From NCBI GenBank assembly GCA_025060595.1, contig JANXBX010000001.1, positions 185,696 through 249,695 of the forward strand: a stretch of 64,000 bases of DNA. Direction: 5' to 3'. Positions 10,098 to 19,145 of the stretch are shown one piece after another (within the stretch, counting starts at the first letter, position 1; each line of letters opens with the position of its first letter). The translations under genes were made by a program, and so were the position numbers. The notes under the pieces are model-generated. The model saw nothing but the letters and a program-made list of their open reading frames with translations, did not search any database and was not told where the DNA came from. This stretch comes from Synergistota bacterium (GTDB taxonomy: Bacteria > Synergistota > GBS-1).

Positions 10098-10769
10098 TTA
10101 CTCTTCCCTTAAACCAAGTCTTTCCAAAACCTCGCGAAGATTGTTATACTCTACGCTTGATACCCCTGTCTTAAGAACCTCTCTCTTTTTATTCTCATCA
10201 GCCACTCTTTTTAATGCTTTCTCTAAAATAATCCCAGCCTCTTCTCTTTTTATCACTACAACCCCATCGTTATCTCCCAAAACTAAATCACCCGCATTAA
10301 CTACTACACCACCAATAGAAAGGGGATAATTTATCAACCCCAAGGCTTCCTTAGAAGTACCTCTAATAGAAAAACCTCTGCAAAAAATCGGAAAACCCAT
10401 ACTAACTATCTCTTCAGAGTCCCTAATGCAACCATCTATTACTAAACCTGCAATACCTTTCGCCATAGCCGAAACAGTCATTAGCTCTCCCCAATAACCA
10501 TATTCATAAGCACCACTAGTTACAGCAACAATGACATCTCCTTCCTCTGCAACTTCTAAAGCCTTATGAAGCATAAGATTATCACCAGGAGCGCATTGAA
10601 CAGTTATAGCAGAACCGCATAACTTCATTCCCCAATATATAGGTCTTATAAAATTAGAAACCGCACCTTTACGTCCAGCAGCTTCATACACGGTCGCTGA
10701 GGACAGAGATTTAAATGCACTTATGATCTCCTTCTCTGGTCGCCTAAAGCTTTTAATAACATGAATCAA
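10098..10769 (-). CDS. HMG/CHA aldolase (LigK/GalC, RraA family)
   Basis: SATVYEAAGRKG, PGDNLMLHKA, GYWGELMT, IDGCIRD, GDLVLGDNDGVV; TTG start at 10769 behind SD GGGGGG. Confidence 0.85.
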   Translation of the reverse strand: MIHVIKSFRRPEKEIISAFKSLSSATVYEAAGRKGAVSNFIRPIYWGMKLCGSAITVQCAPGDNLMLHKALEVAEEGDVIVAVTSGAYEYGYWGELMTVSAMAKGIAGLVIDGCIRDSEEIVSMGFPIFCRGFSIRGTSKEALGLINYPLSIGGVVVNAGDLVLGDNDGVVVIKREEAGIILEKALKRVADENKKREVLKTGVSSVEYNNLREVLERLGLREE

Positions 10770-10795
10770 GCCCACTACCCCCCATCTATCTAAGG

Positions 10796-11020
10796 TTAAC
10801 CTCCACACATAGCAACAAACAAATGAATTTCATCCCCATCATAAACCAAATCATTACTACCTATCCTAAAAGACCCTCTAACGAAAACTATATCTGCCAA
10901 CAGATCTTCCTTAATCCCGATTTTCTCGGCTACTTCCCTTAAAGGTAATGAACCATTTACAGACAATTCACAAGTAAATCTACTTAAAATACCATGTCCT
11001 ACTATTTTTACCATTCCCAT
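10796..11020 (-). CDS. MoaD/ThiS-family sulfur carrier
   Basis: 74 aa, ends LVYDGDEIHLFVAMCGG (C-terminal GG); lies in the AOR operon. Confidence 0.8.
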   Translation of the reverse strand: MGMVKIVGHGILSRFTCELSVNGSLPLREVAEKIGIKEDLLADIVFVRGSFRIGSNDLVYDGDEIHLFVAMCGG

Positions 11021-11032
11021 CTTTCCATTTAT

Positions 11033-11062
11033 ATTGTAATTGCTTATTAGAAGAGATGTCAA
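11033..11062 (-). promoter_or_regulatory. Sigma70-type promoter of the catabolic operon
   Basis: TTGACA (11062-11057), 18-nt spacer, TACAAT (11038-11033) on the - strand. Confidence 0.6.
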
Positions 11063-11168
11063 TTGGGTTTCTATCAATAAATAAAATATGCTTCCATATA
11101 GTGGAAGCACAAGAATAACCCTTATCCTACGAGGATTTTACTTAGAGGGATAATTTAGCAGTCCGATT

Positions 11169-11597
11169 TCATAAATTCGTGGAACTCTCAATAGGTTCTA
11201 CTACTCCCAAAAATATATGCTCTCTATCAAAACTCCCGTAGTAAGCATGAAGCACTGCTTTGTGAACCATTAGCTCCATAAAGTTTCCTTTCAATATTGC
11301 TGGATATGGAACTAGATCTTTAAATATAGGTTTTGTTATTTCAAGAGAAAGGCTCTTGGCCTTATTCACAATTTCTATCTCACTAACTAAGGCTTCGTCA
11401 CAATTTAATCCCATAGCCACTAACCTCTTAAGTAGCCCTTTAGAAAAAGCAATTATCAACTCCTTACCTCCCTTTAGTCCCATGAAAACAACCACTTCCG
11501 GTAAATTACAACTATAATCTTCATGAGTGCTTTCCACCTTTTCCCACAAAATTCCACCGAACTTTCTATCAATCTCTCCCTTAATTATTTCTATCAT
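11169..11597 (-). CDS. Hypothetical protein, weak CheX/CheC-like pattern
   Basis: Overlaps the recN stop, SD GGAGG; VVVFMGLKGG-KELIIAFSKGLL and PAILKG resemble CheX strands. Confidence 0.6.
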   Translation of the reverse strand: MIEIIKGEIDRKFGGILWEKVESTHEDYSCNLPEVVVFMGLKGGKELIIAFSKGLLKRLVAMGLNCDEALVSEIEIVNKAKSLSLEITKPIFKDLVPYPAILKGNFMELMVHKAVLHAYYGSFDREHIFLGVVEPIESSTNL

Positions 11598-13218
11598 GGC
11601 TTACCTCCTCCAAAAGTTCTTTAGCATGCCTTAAGGCTACCTCAGATGTTCTTCCTGAAAGCATTCGCGCTATTTCCTTTAGCCTATCTTCCCCTCTAAG
11701 AAGCTTGACTTTACTTTTGACTCTACCTTCCTCCATAATCTTATCCACAAAATAGTGATAGTCTGCCTTTGAAGCTATGGAAGCAAGATGAGTAATACAT
11801 ATGACTTGTTTTTCCTTAGAAAGCTTTTTTATCTCCTCTCCTAGCATATTAGCTACATCCCCTCCAATCCCCACATCTATTTCATCGAATATAAGAGTTG
11901 GAACCCCATAGTTTTTAGAGATAGCACACTTTAATGCAAAGCTCAATCGAGAAATCTCTCCACCAGAAGCAATTTCACTAATCTTTCTAAGCTCATCTTT
12001 AGGGGAAGGGGCCATTAAAAACCTCACCGTGTCTAACCCCTCAGGTCCAAACTCCCCCTTAACCAAGTGGATCCTAAATACTATGTTACCCATGGCAAGC
12101 TTTTCTAGGATTCTCCTAACTTCCCCCTCAAGCAAGCTAGCACATCTCTTTCTTTCCTCAGATATCCTGTCTCCAAGAGAGTAAAGGATCTTGTGAAGCT
12201 CTTCCCTCCTTTTTTTAAGCACCTCTATTTTATCCTCTACGTCCCCTAGATCTTTCAAATTTTCCCTCCATCGAGAAGCAAGCTCGAGCAACTCCTCAAT
12301 CTCTCTAACACCATGCTTTTTCTTCAACCTTCTTATAAGAGAAAGTCTTTCCTCTATGGTCTCAATGTTTTCTTCCTCAAGATCTAAAAGTTCAAGTTTC
12401 CTAGATAGTATAGAGGAAAATTCCTTAAGAGAGAAAATAAACGCGTTAAACTCTTCAATAAATCGCGAAAGCTCCCTTTCGTACCTTGTTATTTTTTCGA
12501 GAAGCCTCTTAAGTTCACTAATCTTATCTAAAATCCCCTCGCTCCAACTTCCGCCTTCCAATAGATTTAAAGCCTCTTTAATTGAAACTTTAAGCTCTTC
12601 GATATTAAGCAGTCTATCCCTTTTTTCTAAAAGCTCCCTCTCCTCATCCACCTTAAGCGATGCCCTTTCTATCTCTTGGAGATAGAAAAATAATTCTTCC
12701 TTCCTTCTCTTAAGTTCATCCTTACTCTTTTCAAGCTCCCTTAAATCATCAACTAACGCAGTATACTCTTTATATAGTCTTTCATACTCCTCCAACAACC
12801 CCTTTATAGATTCCCCTCCATATCTATCAAGAGCTTTAAGCTGATTACTCTCCTTTAAAATCCAGCCATGTTCAAGTTGACTGTGAATTTCGAATAAGGA
12901 TGATCCTATCTCTTTCAAAAACCCAATAGGTACGCCTCTGCCTTGATAGAAGGCTTTACTCCTCCCTTCAGGGTATACTTCCCTTCTTAAAATTATCTCC
13001 TCTCCTTCTTCATCGAAAACAGCTTCAACCTCAGCCTTATCCGCTCCACTTCTTATCACTTCCTCCCCTACTCTTTTACCTAAAAGAAGAGATAAAGCTT
13101 CTACTATTATGGATTTACCAGCCCCTGTTTCTCCCGTTAAAACATTTAGACCAGGATGAAACTCCATCTCGAGTTCTTCAATTATAGCAAAGTTCCTTAT
13201 TCGAATTTCCTTAATCAC
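11581..13218 (-). CDS. recN: DNA repair protein RecN
   Basis: IRNFAII, TGETGAGKS Walker A, coiled coil, ASGGEISR, LIFDEID, CITHL; GTG start at 13218. Confidence 0.95.
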   Translation of the reverse strand: MIKEIRIRNFAIIEELEMEFHPGLNVLTGETGAGKSIIVEALSLLLGKRVGEEVIRSGADKAEVEAVFDEEGEEIILRREVYPEGRSKAFYQGRGVPIGFLKEIGSSLFEIHSQLEHGWILKESNQLKALDRYGGESIKGLLEEYERLYKEYTALVDDLRELEKSKDELKRRKEELFFYLQEIERASLKVDEERELLEKRDRLLNIEELKVSIKEALNLLEGGSWSEGILDKISELKRLLEKITRYERELSRFIEEFNAFIFSLKEFSSILSRKLELLDLEEENIETIEERLSLIRRLKKKHGVREIEELLELASRWRENLKDLGDVEDKIEVLKKRREELHKILYSLGDRISEERKRCASLLEGEVRRILEKLAMGNIVFRIHLVKGEFGPEGLDTVRFLMAPSPKDELRKISEIASGGEISRLSFALKCAISKNYGVPTLIFDEIDVGIGGDVANMLGEEIKKLSKEKQVICITHLASIASKADYHYFVDKIMEEGRVKSKVKLLRGEDRLKEIARMLSGRTSEVALRHAKELLEEVSHDRNN

Positions 13219-14086
13219 CTGGTACCACTCCAAGCTTAAGTTTCTTTCTTAAAAGCTCAAAAAAGCTCCTTCCTTTAAAGGTTATCATTCTAGCAAAAAA
13301 TGGCGCCTTTTTTATAAATACCTCATCCCCTGGAAGAACCCTGAATCCTATTTGTCCATCTTGCGTAAGCATTATATCTTCGTGATCCGCTTCTACAATT
13401 ATTCTAACAGAAGATTGCAAAGGTATTATAATCGGCCTTGCATAAAAAGTATGAGCACATATAGGAGTTAAAACCATACCGGGAAGAGCAGGGTGAAGAA
13501 TTGGACCACCTGCTGAAAGAGAATAGGCTGTAGAACCCGTAGGAGTGGATATGATTAAACCATCAGCAGGATAAGAGGCAAAATACTCTTCATCTATGAA
13601 AACCCTAAGATTAATCAACCTAGCGAATGCCCCCTTCATAATCACAAACTCATTCAAAGCATAGAAAACCTCTCCCTTAAAGCTAGCCTCAAGCATCATT
13701 CTTTCATCTATTTCAAACTTGCCCTCTAAAACTTTAGACAAAGCTATCTCTAGGGTCGAAACGCTTTCTGAAACCAGAAAGCCAAGCCTACCCACATTTA
13801 TACCTAACATTAAAACACCATAAGGAGCAAGAAGCCTTGCAGCCTTAAGAAAGGTTCCATCCCCCCCCACGATAAGCGCCACCTTAACCGCTTTAGCAAA
13901 CTCATAATCATCTAAGGCAAGCTCTTCCCTTTTAAGGAAAACCCCTCCTTCTCTGGTTAAAAAGACCCTAATTCCTTTATCATTAAGCCAAGACAATATT
14001 CCATAAGCTATCTCTCTTGCAGGCTCTCCCTTTTGAGGATTTACTACTAATCCCCAAGAACAGCGTGAGCAGACTCCACTACTGAT
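13211..14086 (-). CDS. nadK: NAD kinase (true start uncertain)
   Basis: GGDGTFL, GINVGRLGFL, ALNE, ADGLIISTPTGSTAYSLSAGGP; frame stays open upstream of TTG 13996 and encodes WGLVVNPQK. Confidence 0.92.
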   Translation of the reverse strand: MSSGVCSRCSWGLVVNPQKGEPAREIAYGILSWLNDKGIRVFLTREGGVFLKREELALDDYEFAKAVKVALIVGGDGTFLKAARLLAPYGVLMLGINVGRLGFLVSESVSTLEIALSKVLEGKFEIDERMMLEASFKGEVFYALNEFVIMKGAFARLINLRVFIDEEYFASYPADGLIISTPTGSTAYSLSAGGPILHPALPGMVLTPICAHTFYARPIIIPLQSSVRIIVEADHEDIMLTQDGQIGFRVLPGDEVFIKKAPFFARMITFKGRSFFELLRKKLKLGVVPGD

Positions 14087-14874
14087 AGTACCATCTCCTT
14101 TCTAAAACAATTCTCTTTTTCCTTAAAACCTATATATAAAAGAAATTCTATATTGCCTTCAGGACCTTTTATAGGAGAATAGGTCAAACCCAAAGGGTAA
14201 AAACCTAACTTTTCTTTGACAAAGCTGATTATATCCTCAATGACATTTAAGTGAATCTTTTTATCTTTTACCACGCCACCCTTAACATTCTCACGCCCTG
14301 CCTCAAACTGAGGCTTTACAAGTACAATACCCTCACCACAGCTTTCTTTAAGCACACCCTTAACAGCTGGTAAAACCTTCTTAACAGATATAAAGGAAAG
14401 ATCCATAGCAAAAAAGTCTACATCCTCAGGAACCACTTCCTTATTTAGATACCTCGCATTAAAACGCTCTATTAAAACAACCCTAGGATCATTCCTCAAG
14501 CTCCAGTGAAATTGCCCGTAACCAACATCCACAGCATAGACTTTAAAGGCACCCTCTCTAAGCATACAATCGGTAAAGCCCCCTGTTGAGGCTCCTACGT
14601 CCAAGCAAACTTTTCCTAAAAGAGATATTTTAAATTCGTCTATAGCTTTTTTAAGCTTTAACCCTCCCCTGCTAACATAAGGACAGGCATTTCCTCTTAT
14701 TTCTATGTCTGCATTCTCTGGAACTTTCTCACTTGCCTTGTTCACCCTTTTACCATTAACGAAGACCAAACCCGCCATAATAGCTCTCTGCGCTTTCTCT
14801 CTACTTTCAAAAAATCCTCTTAAGACTAGAAGGTTATCTATTCTTTCCTTTTTGAACCCAGAAAAGTTCTCCAA
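14047..14874 (-). CDS. tlyA: TlyA-family rRNA 2'-O-methyltransferase
   Basis: S4 domain KERIDNLL, YVSRGGLKL, LDVGASTGGFTD, LVKPQFEAG, SPIKGPEGNIEF. Confidence 0.95.
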   Translation of the reverse strand: MENFSGFKKERIDNLLVLRGFFESREKAQRAIMAGLVFVNGKRVNKASEKVPENADIEIRGNACPYVSRGGLKLKKAIDEFKISLLGKVCLDVGASTGGFTDCMLREGAFKVYAVDVGYGQFHWSLRNDPRVVLIERFNARYLNKEVVPEDVDFFAMDLSFISVKKVLPAVKGVLKESCGEGIVLVKPQFEAGRENVKGGVVKDKKIHLNVIEDIISFVKEKLGFYPLGLTYSPIKGPEGNIEFLLYIGFKEKENCFRKEMVLSVVESAHAVLGD

Positions 14875-16624
14875 GGAGCTCCCCTCTCTCCCCATGTTCT
14901 ATAAACCTATCTGGAATAGCAAATATATTAAACTCCTTAGGGAAAATACCTTGAGAAATAAGGAGAGAACCGATTTCCTCTCCAACCCCACCGATTCTGG
15001 CTCCCTCTTCAAAAACGCAAATCTTATCGAACTTAAGAGCGTTTTCAACTATCGCTTTTGTATCTAGAGGCTTTGCAAAGGCTAAATCTATAACCTTAAA
15101 ACCAGTAAGCCCCAAAGCAAACTCATGTGTAGGTCCTAATGAAAAGGCAACCCCTTCGCTACCATCTCTTATAACTTGGGATTTACCTATTTCCACAGAA
15201 CCAGGGGGTTTTTCCCATTCAGGCAAAACCTTGGTATAGCCCCTTGGATATCTAATTACAACAGGACAATCTAAATTTAAGGCCATGTGAAACATGTCTC
15301 TCAAGGAAACTCCATCCCTAGGACAACCTATGATAAGATTGGGAATGCAACGCAAAAACACTAAATCAAAGACACCATGATGGGTTGGGCCATCATCTCC
15401 AACAATCCCTCCTCTATCTACAGCTATAATTACAGGAAGCTTCTGAAGAGCTATATCATGTATTAACTGGTCGTAAGCTCTTTGCAGAAAAGTAGAATAT
15501 ATAGCCACAATAGGCTTTAATCCCCCACGGGCAAGTCCAGCTGCAAGGCCAAGCATATGCTGTTCAGCTATACCCACATCTATAAAACGAGAGGGATATC
15601 TTTTCGCAAACTCATCAAGACCGGTTCCCTTTTTCATAGCAGCAGTTAGACAAACCACCCTTTCATCCTTAGAAGCAAGCTCTAAAACAACTTTACCGAA
15701 TATAGAACTGTAAGATTCTCCTTCTTCCTTTTTAACTATCTTAAATGCTGGAGCTCCATGAAAAGTCTCCGGATCCTTTTCAGCAGGAGAGTAGCCTTTA
15801 CCCTTTTTAGTCAGAACATGGATAACAACTGGCTTATCAACCTCCTTAGCATTTCTAAAGACACGCTCCATAAGTTCTATATCATGTCCATCAATAGGCC
15901 CCCAGTGGATCAAACCAAGCTCCTCGAAAATCGAACCTTTTATCAAAAACTTTCTAAATCTTCCTTTTAAATCTTCAAGAAACTCCTCGAGCCCCCTACC
16001 TAAAGGTAAATTTCTAACAAAAGAACGAACCCTCTTTTTGAATCCGAGCCAGCCGCGTCTTAATCTTAATCGAGCAAGGTGAGAGGCAATGGCACCAACT
16101 CTTGGACCTATAGCCATTTCATTATCATTTAGGATTATAATTAGCTTTCTTTTAAGCACACCTATGTGATTTAAAGCCTCAAGAGCCATGCCAGACATTA
16201 GAGAACCATCTCCTATAATTGCAACTACATCGCTTTTCCCTGAAAGTACCAACCCTAAAGCCCAAGACAAGGAAGTACCACTATGACCGACTATAAACCT
16301 ATCAGCAAGGCTTTCATTAGGATTAGGAAAACCACTCAGTCCCCCACGTTTTCTTATAGTATTAAAAAGGGCTTTCCTTCCAGTTAAAATCTTAAAAGGA
16401 TAACACTGATGCCCCACATCCCAAATTATGTAATCCTTAAAAGGGTCCCAAACCCTTAAAAGAGCTATAGTTAGCTCTACTACACCCAAATTTGAAGCCA
16501 GGTGCCCCCCGTTATTGCCTACCACATCAACTATCTTTTCCCTAATTTCTGAAGCAAGAAGCTTAAGCTCATTAAGGGAAAGCTTTCTAAGGTCTTCTAT
16601 ATTCTCTATCTTCTCAAGAATCAA
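14834..16624 (-). CDS. dxs: 1-deoxy-D-xylulose-5-phosphate synthase
   Basis: GGHLASNLGVVELT, WDVGHQ, IGDGS..LNDNEM TPP motif, DVGIAEQH, YSTFLQRAYDQ, DGPTHHG. Confidence 0.97.
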   Translation of the reverse strand: MILEKIENIEDLRKLSLNELKLLASEIREKIVDVVGNNGGHLASNLGVVELTIALLRVWDPFKDYIIWDVGHQCYPFKILTGRKALFNTIRKRGGLSGFPNPNESLADRFIVGHSGTSLSWALGLVLSGKSDVVAIIGDGSLMSGMALEALNHIGVLKRKLIIILNDNEMAIGPRVGAIASHLARLRLRRGWLGFKKRVRSFVRNLPLGRGLEEFLEDLKGRFRKFLIKGSIFEELGLIHWGPIDGHDIELMERVFRNAKEVDKPVVIHVLTKKGKGYSPAEKDPETFHGAPAFKIVKKEEGESYSSIFGKVVLELASKDERVVCLTAAMKKGTGLDEFAKRYPSRFIDVGIAEQHMLGLAAGLARGGLKPIVAIYSTFLQRAYDQLIHDIALQKLPVIIAVDRGGIVGDDGPTHHGVFDLVFLRCIPNLIIGCPRDGVSLRDMFHMALNLDCPVVIRYPRGYTKVLPEWEKPPGSVEIGKSQVIRDGSEGVAFSLGPTHEFALGLTGFKVIDLAFAKPLDTKAIVENALKFDKICVFEEGARIGGVGEEIGSLLISQGIFPKEFNIFAIPDRFIEHGERGELLGELFWVQKGKNR

Positions 16625-17433
16625 GCTTCTTCAAGCCTCCTCAAAACCATTAAAGCCAACTCCTTTAAATCCTCTCCCTTCTCACCAAACATGGAAGCTA
16701 AAAGCAGAGCTTCTTCAATAAGACGCTTAGCCTCTTCCCTTGACTTCTCCAAGCCATAAACACCAGGGTAGGTTAGTCTCTCCTCTTTACCAAAATCCAA
16801 AATATCATCTACTATTTGAAAGGCAATTCCCAATCTCTCCCCGTATTCGGTTAGGACATGAAGCTCATTATAAGAAGCCCCGCCTACTATTCCACCACAT
16901 CTAACGGAAGCTCTTATAAGGGCCATGGTCTTCTTGGAATGAATCTCCTCTATTTTGCCATCAGTTATATCAAGGAGCTGCCCCCCAACCATTCCTGATG
17001 GACCAGCCGCATAGGCTATCTCAAAAAGCACTCTTTTGAGAACTTCCCCATTTAGCTCCTTCCCAAGCACCTCAAAAGCATAAGTTAAGAGGGCATCTCC
17101 CGCAAGTAAAGCTACAGCACATCCAAACTTTTTGTGTGAAGACAGTTTGCCTCGACGAAAGTCATCATTATCCATACAGGGAAGATCATCATGAATCAAA
17201 GAATAATTGTGAATAAGCTCTATAGCACAAGCTATAGGGAGAGCTTGAGTTAGATTCCCGCCTACAGCCTCACAAGAGGATAAAACCAAAAGCGGTCTAA
17301 ATCTTTTACCCCCAGGGAAAAGAGAATACTCTATTGCCTCTTTAAGAAGAAGCGGAGCCTCCCTAAGTTCCATACACTTTTTTAAAGCGTCTTCTATAAG
17401 CTTGACTTTGTTATTCAGGGACAAATTCTTCAC
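16621..17433 (-). CDS. ispA: Farnesyl/geranylgeranyl diphosphate synthase
   Basis: GGKRFRP, SLIHDDLPCMDNDDFRRG, FQIVDDILD. Confidence 0.93.
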   Translation of the reverse strand: MKNLSLNNKVKLIEDALKKCMELREAPLLLKEAIEYSLFPGGKRFRPLLVLSSCEAVGGNLTQALPIACAIELIHNYSLIHDDLPCMDNDDFRRGKLSSHKKFGCAVALLAGDALLTYAFEVLGKELNGEVLKRVLFEIAYAAGPSGMVGGQLLDITDGKIEEIHSKKTMALIRASVRCGGIVGGASYNELHVLTEYGERLGIAFQIVDDILDFGKEERLTYPGVYGLEKSREEAKRLIEEALLLASMFGEKGEDLKELALMVLRRLEEA

Positions 17434-17509
17434 TCCTCTCTTTTCATCTATTATGATTATATCAGCTTATGCTATACTTCTAAAAGAAGAAGGAAAGGAG
17501 GAAGAAACC

Positions 17510-18298
17510 ATGAGAGTTAAAAGTATAGTATTTATAATTATTTTACTACTAATAGCAGGCCTAGTAAAAGCAGAGGAAAACCCATTTCTTAGAGATGCAA
17601 AAATTAAGCTTGCTAACGCTAAGAGGATAGTTATCATACCCTTTTCCACCACTTCCCAAGACCCTATGGGAATAGAAAATAGAAGGCTCCTCTTTGCCAT
17701 CAGACAAGGATTTGAATGTATGGGAAAACTTGTAATACCTGAAGAAGACGTTTGGGCTCTCCTTAAGGAAAAAAAGCTAATAGAAAGGGAAAACGAACAA
17801 GCCAAAAAACTTAAAGAGCAATTAAGAATCTATGGGTTTAGTAAGGAAATCCAGGATTACCTGAAAGAAATTGACCCTCAATTTTTAAGCGAGCCCTTTA
17901 TGCTTTCTCTAACAGAAGAACAGGTCAAAGAGATAGCTAAAAGGTTCAACGCCGACATAATAGTAAGAGGTTGCATCGTTGATTACGGGGTCATGGATGT
18001 TTCTAGCGGTAGTCCTCTAAGCAATCTTATAGGAGGAGTAGCCCCATTCATAACAGCTCAAAGAATAGGTATAGCTATAGCTGCCGGTAGCTACATTCCT
18101 TCCGTAGACAAACAGGGAGTAATACAGATGACTATATACCTTCACGATGGAATAAATGGAAGACTCCTTTATGGAAAATCCCTCTTTTCAACATACAAAC
18201 CTCTCTTCTCTAACCTTGAGACAAAATTTGTTCTTCTTAGAGGAGCATTAAAGAGGGCCTTGGATACCTTTTTTAACGAGCTTTCTATAAATAACTAA
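17510..18298 (+). CDS. Exported protein with CsgG/TolB_N/PelC-like alpha-beta domain
   Basis: ATG 17510 after SD AAGGAGG and extended -10 TGCTATACT; signal peptide ...LVKA|EEN; RIVIIPFS and IAKRFNADIIVRGCIVDY pattern. Confidence 0.6.
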   Translation: MRVKSIVFIIILLLIAGLVKAEENPFLRDAKIKLANAKRIVIIPFSTTSQDPMGIENRRLLFAIRQGFECMGKLVIPEEDVWALLKEKKLIERENEQAKKLKEQLRIYGFSKEIQDYLKEIDPQFLSEPFMLSLTEEQVKEIAKRFNADIIVRGCIVDYGVMDVSSGSPLSNLIGGVAPFITAQRIGIAIAAGSYIPSVDKQGVIQMTIYLHDGINGRLLYGKSLFSTYKPLFSNLETKFVLLRGALKRALDTFFNELSINN

Positions 18299-19071
18299 GG
18301 CTTATTAACCTCCTTCCAAGCTTTATAAAGTTTTTTATCATAAAAATTAGGAAAAAGCGCTCTTAAGAACAAAAAAATCCTGTAGCGTCGAGGCCAAATA
18401 AGTACTCTTTTTCTCTTTAAATAAGCCTTATAAACAGCTTCAGCAAAAAGAGAGGGATCCTCTCTTTTACCTATAGGTGGATGCTTTAGACTCCCTAAAG
18501 TTTTTTCAGTAAAGTCGGTTTTAATCCTTCCTGCTTCCACATTAAGAACATTTATATCCCTTTCTACTAGCTCAGCTCTCAAACTCTCCATGATAGAGCT
18601 TAAGGCAGCTTTACTTGCACCATAACCTCCCATAAAAGGAACAGGAAGACGAGCTGTTATAGAGGAGATATTTATTATAGTACCTCCCCTTACCATGTAC
18701 TTTAAGGCTTCCTTAGTTAATCTAAAAGGAGAAAAGAAGTTAACTTCAAAAACTTGTCGCAAATCTTTCTCCTCCATAGAGCTAAAACTCTCGTAAATTC
18801 CAAGACCTGCTGCATTTATAAGTAAATCTATCTTACCAAAAATATCCAAGGCTCTTTCAACTATTTCCTTTTCATTACCTATTAAAGCATCATAAAAACA
18901 ACACTCTACCTTAACTTCAGAAAGCTCCTCTTTAAGGGAAAGAAGCTTCTCTTCAGATCTTCCACATAGAAGAAGAGAAAATCCTCCTTTTCCAAATTTT
19001 AAACTTAATGCTTTTCCTATTCCACCAGTAGCACCCGTTATGATACAAACCCTTAGATCTCTTGTACTCAT
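18295..19071 (-). CDS. SDR-family oxidoreductase
   Basis: TGATGGIG, LINAAG, NISS, YGASK. Confidence 0.92.
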   Translation of the reverse strand: MSTRDLRVCIITGATGGIGKALSLKFGKGGFSLLLCGRSEEKLLSLKEELSEVKVECCFYDALIGNEKEIVERALDIFGKIDLLINAAGLGIYESFSSMEEKDLRQVFEVNFFSPFRLTKEALKYMVRGGTIINISSITARLPVPFMGGYGASKAALSSIMESLRAELVERDINVLNVEAGRIKTDFTEKTLGSLKHPPIGKREDPSLFAEAVYKAYLKRKRVLIWPRRYRIFLFLRALFPNFYDKKLYKAWKEVNKP

Positions 19072-19079
19072 CAATATAA

Positions 19080-19139
19080 AGTATACCACTTAATCAAGAA
19101 CCTAAACATAGTTTAAAAACGATAAATAAGTGTTATAAT
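19080..19139. promoter_or_regulatory. Back-to-back extended -10 promoters giving probably leaderless mRNAs
   Basis: - strand TGGTATACT 8 nt before ATG 19071; + strand TGTTATAAT (19131-19139) 6 nt before ATG 19146; neither gene has an SD. Confidence 0.6.
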
Positions 19140-19145
19140 AACCTT

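Noticed and set aside
14047-14874. TlyA as a haemolysin/virulence factor
   Set aside because: Standard housekeeping dxs-tlyA-nadK-recN context with intact methyltransferase motifs
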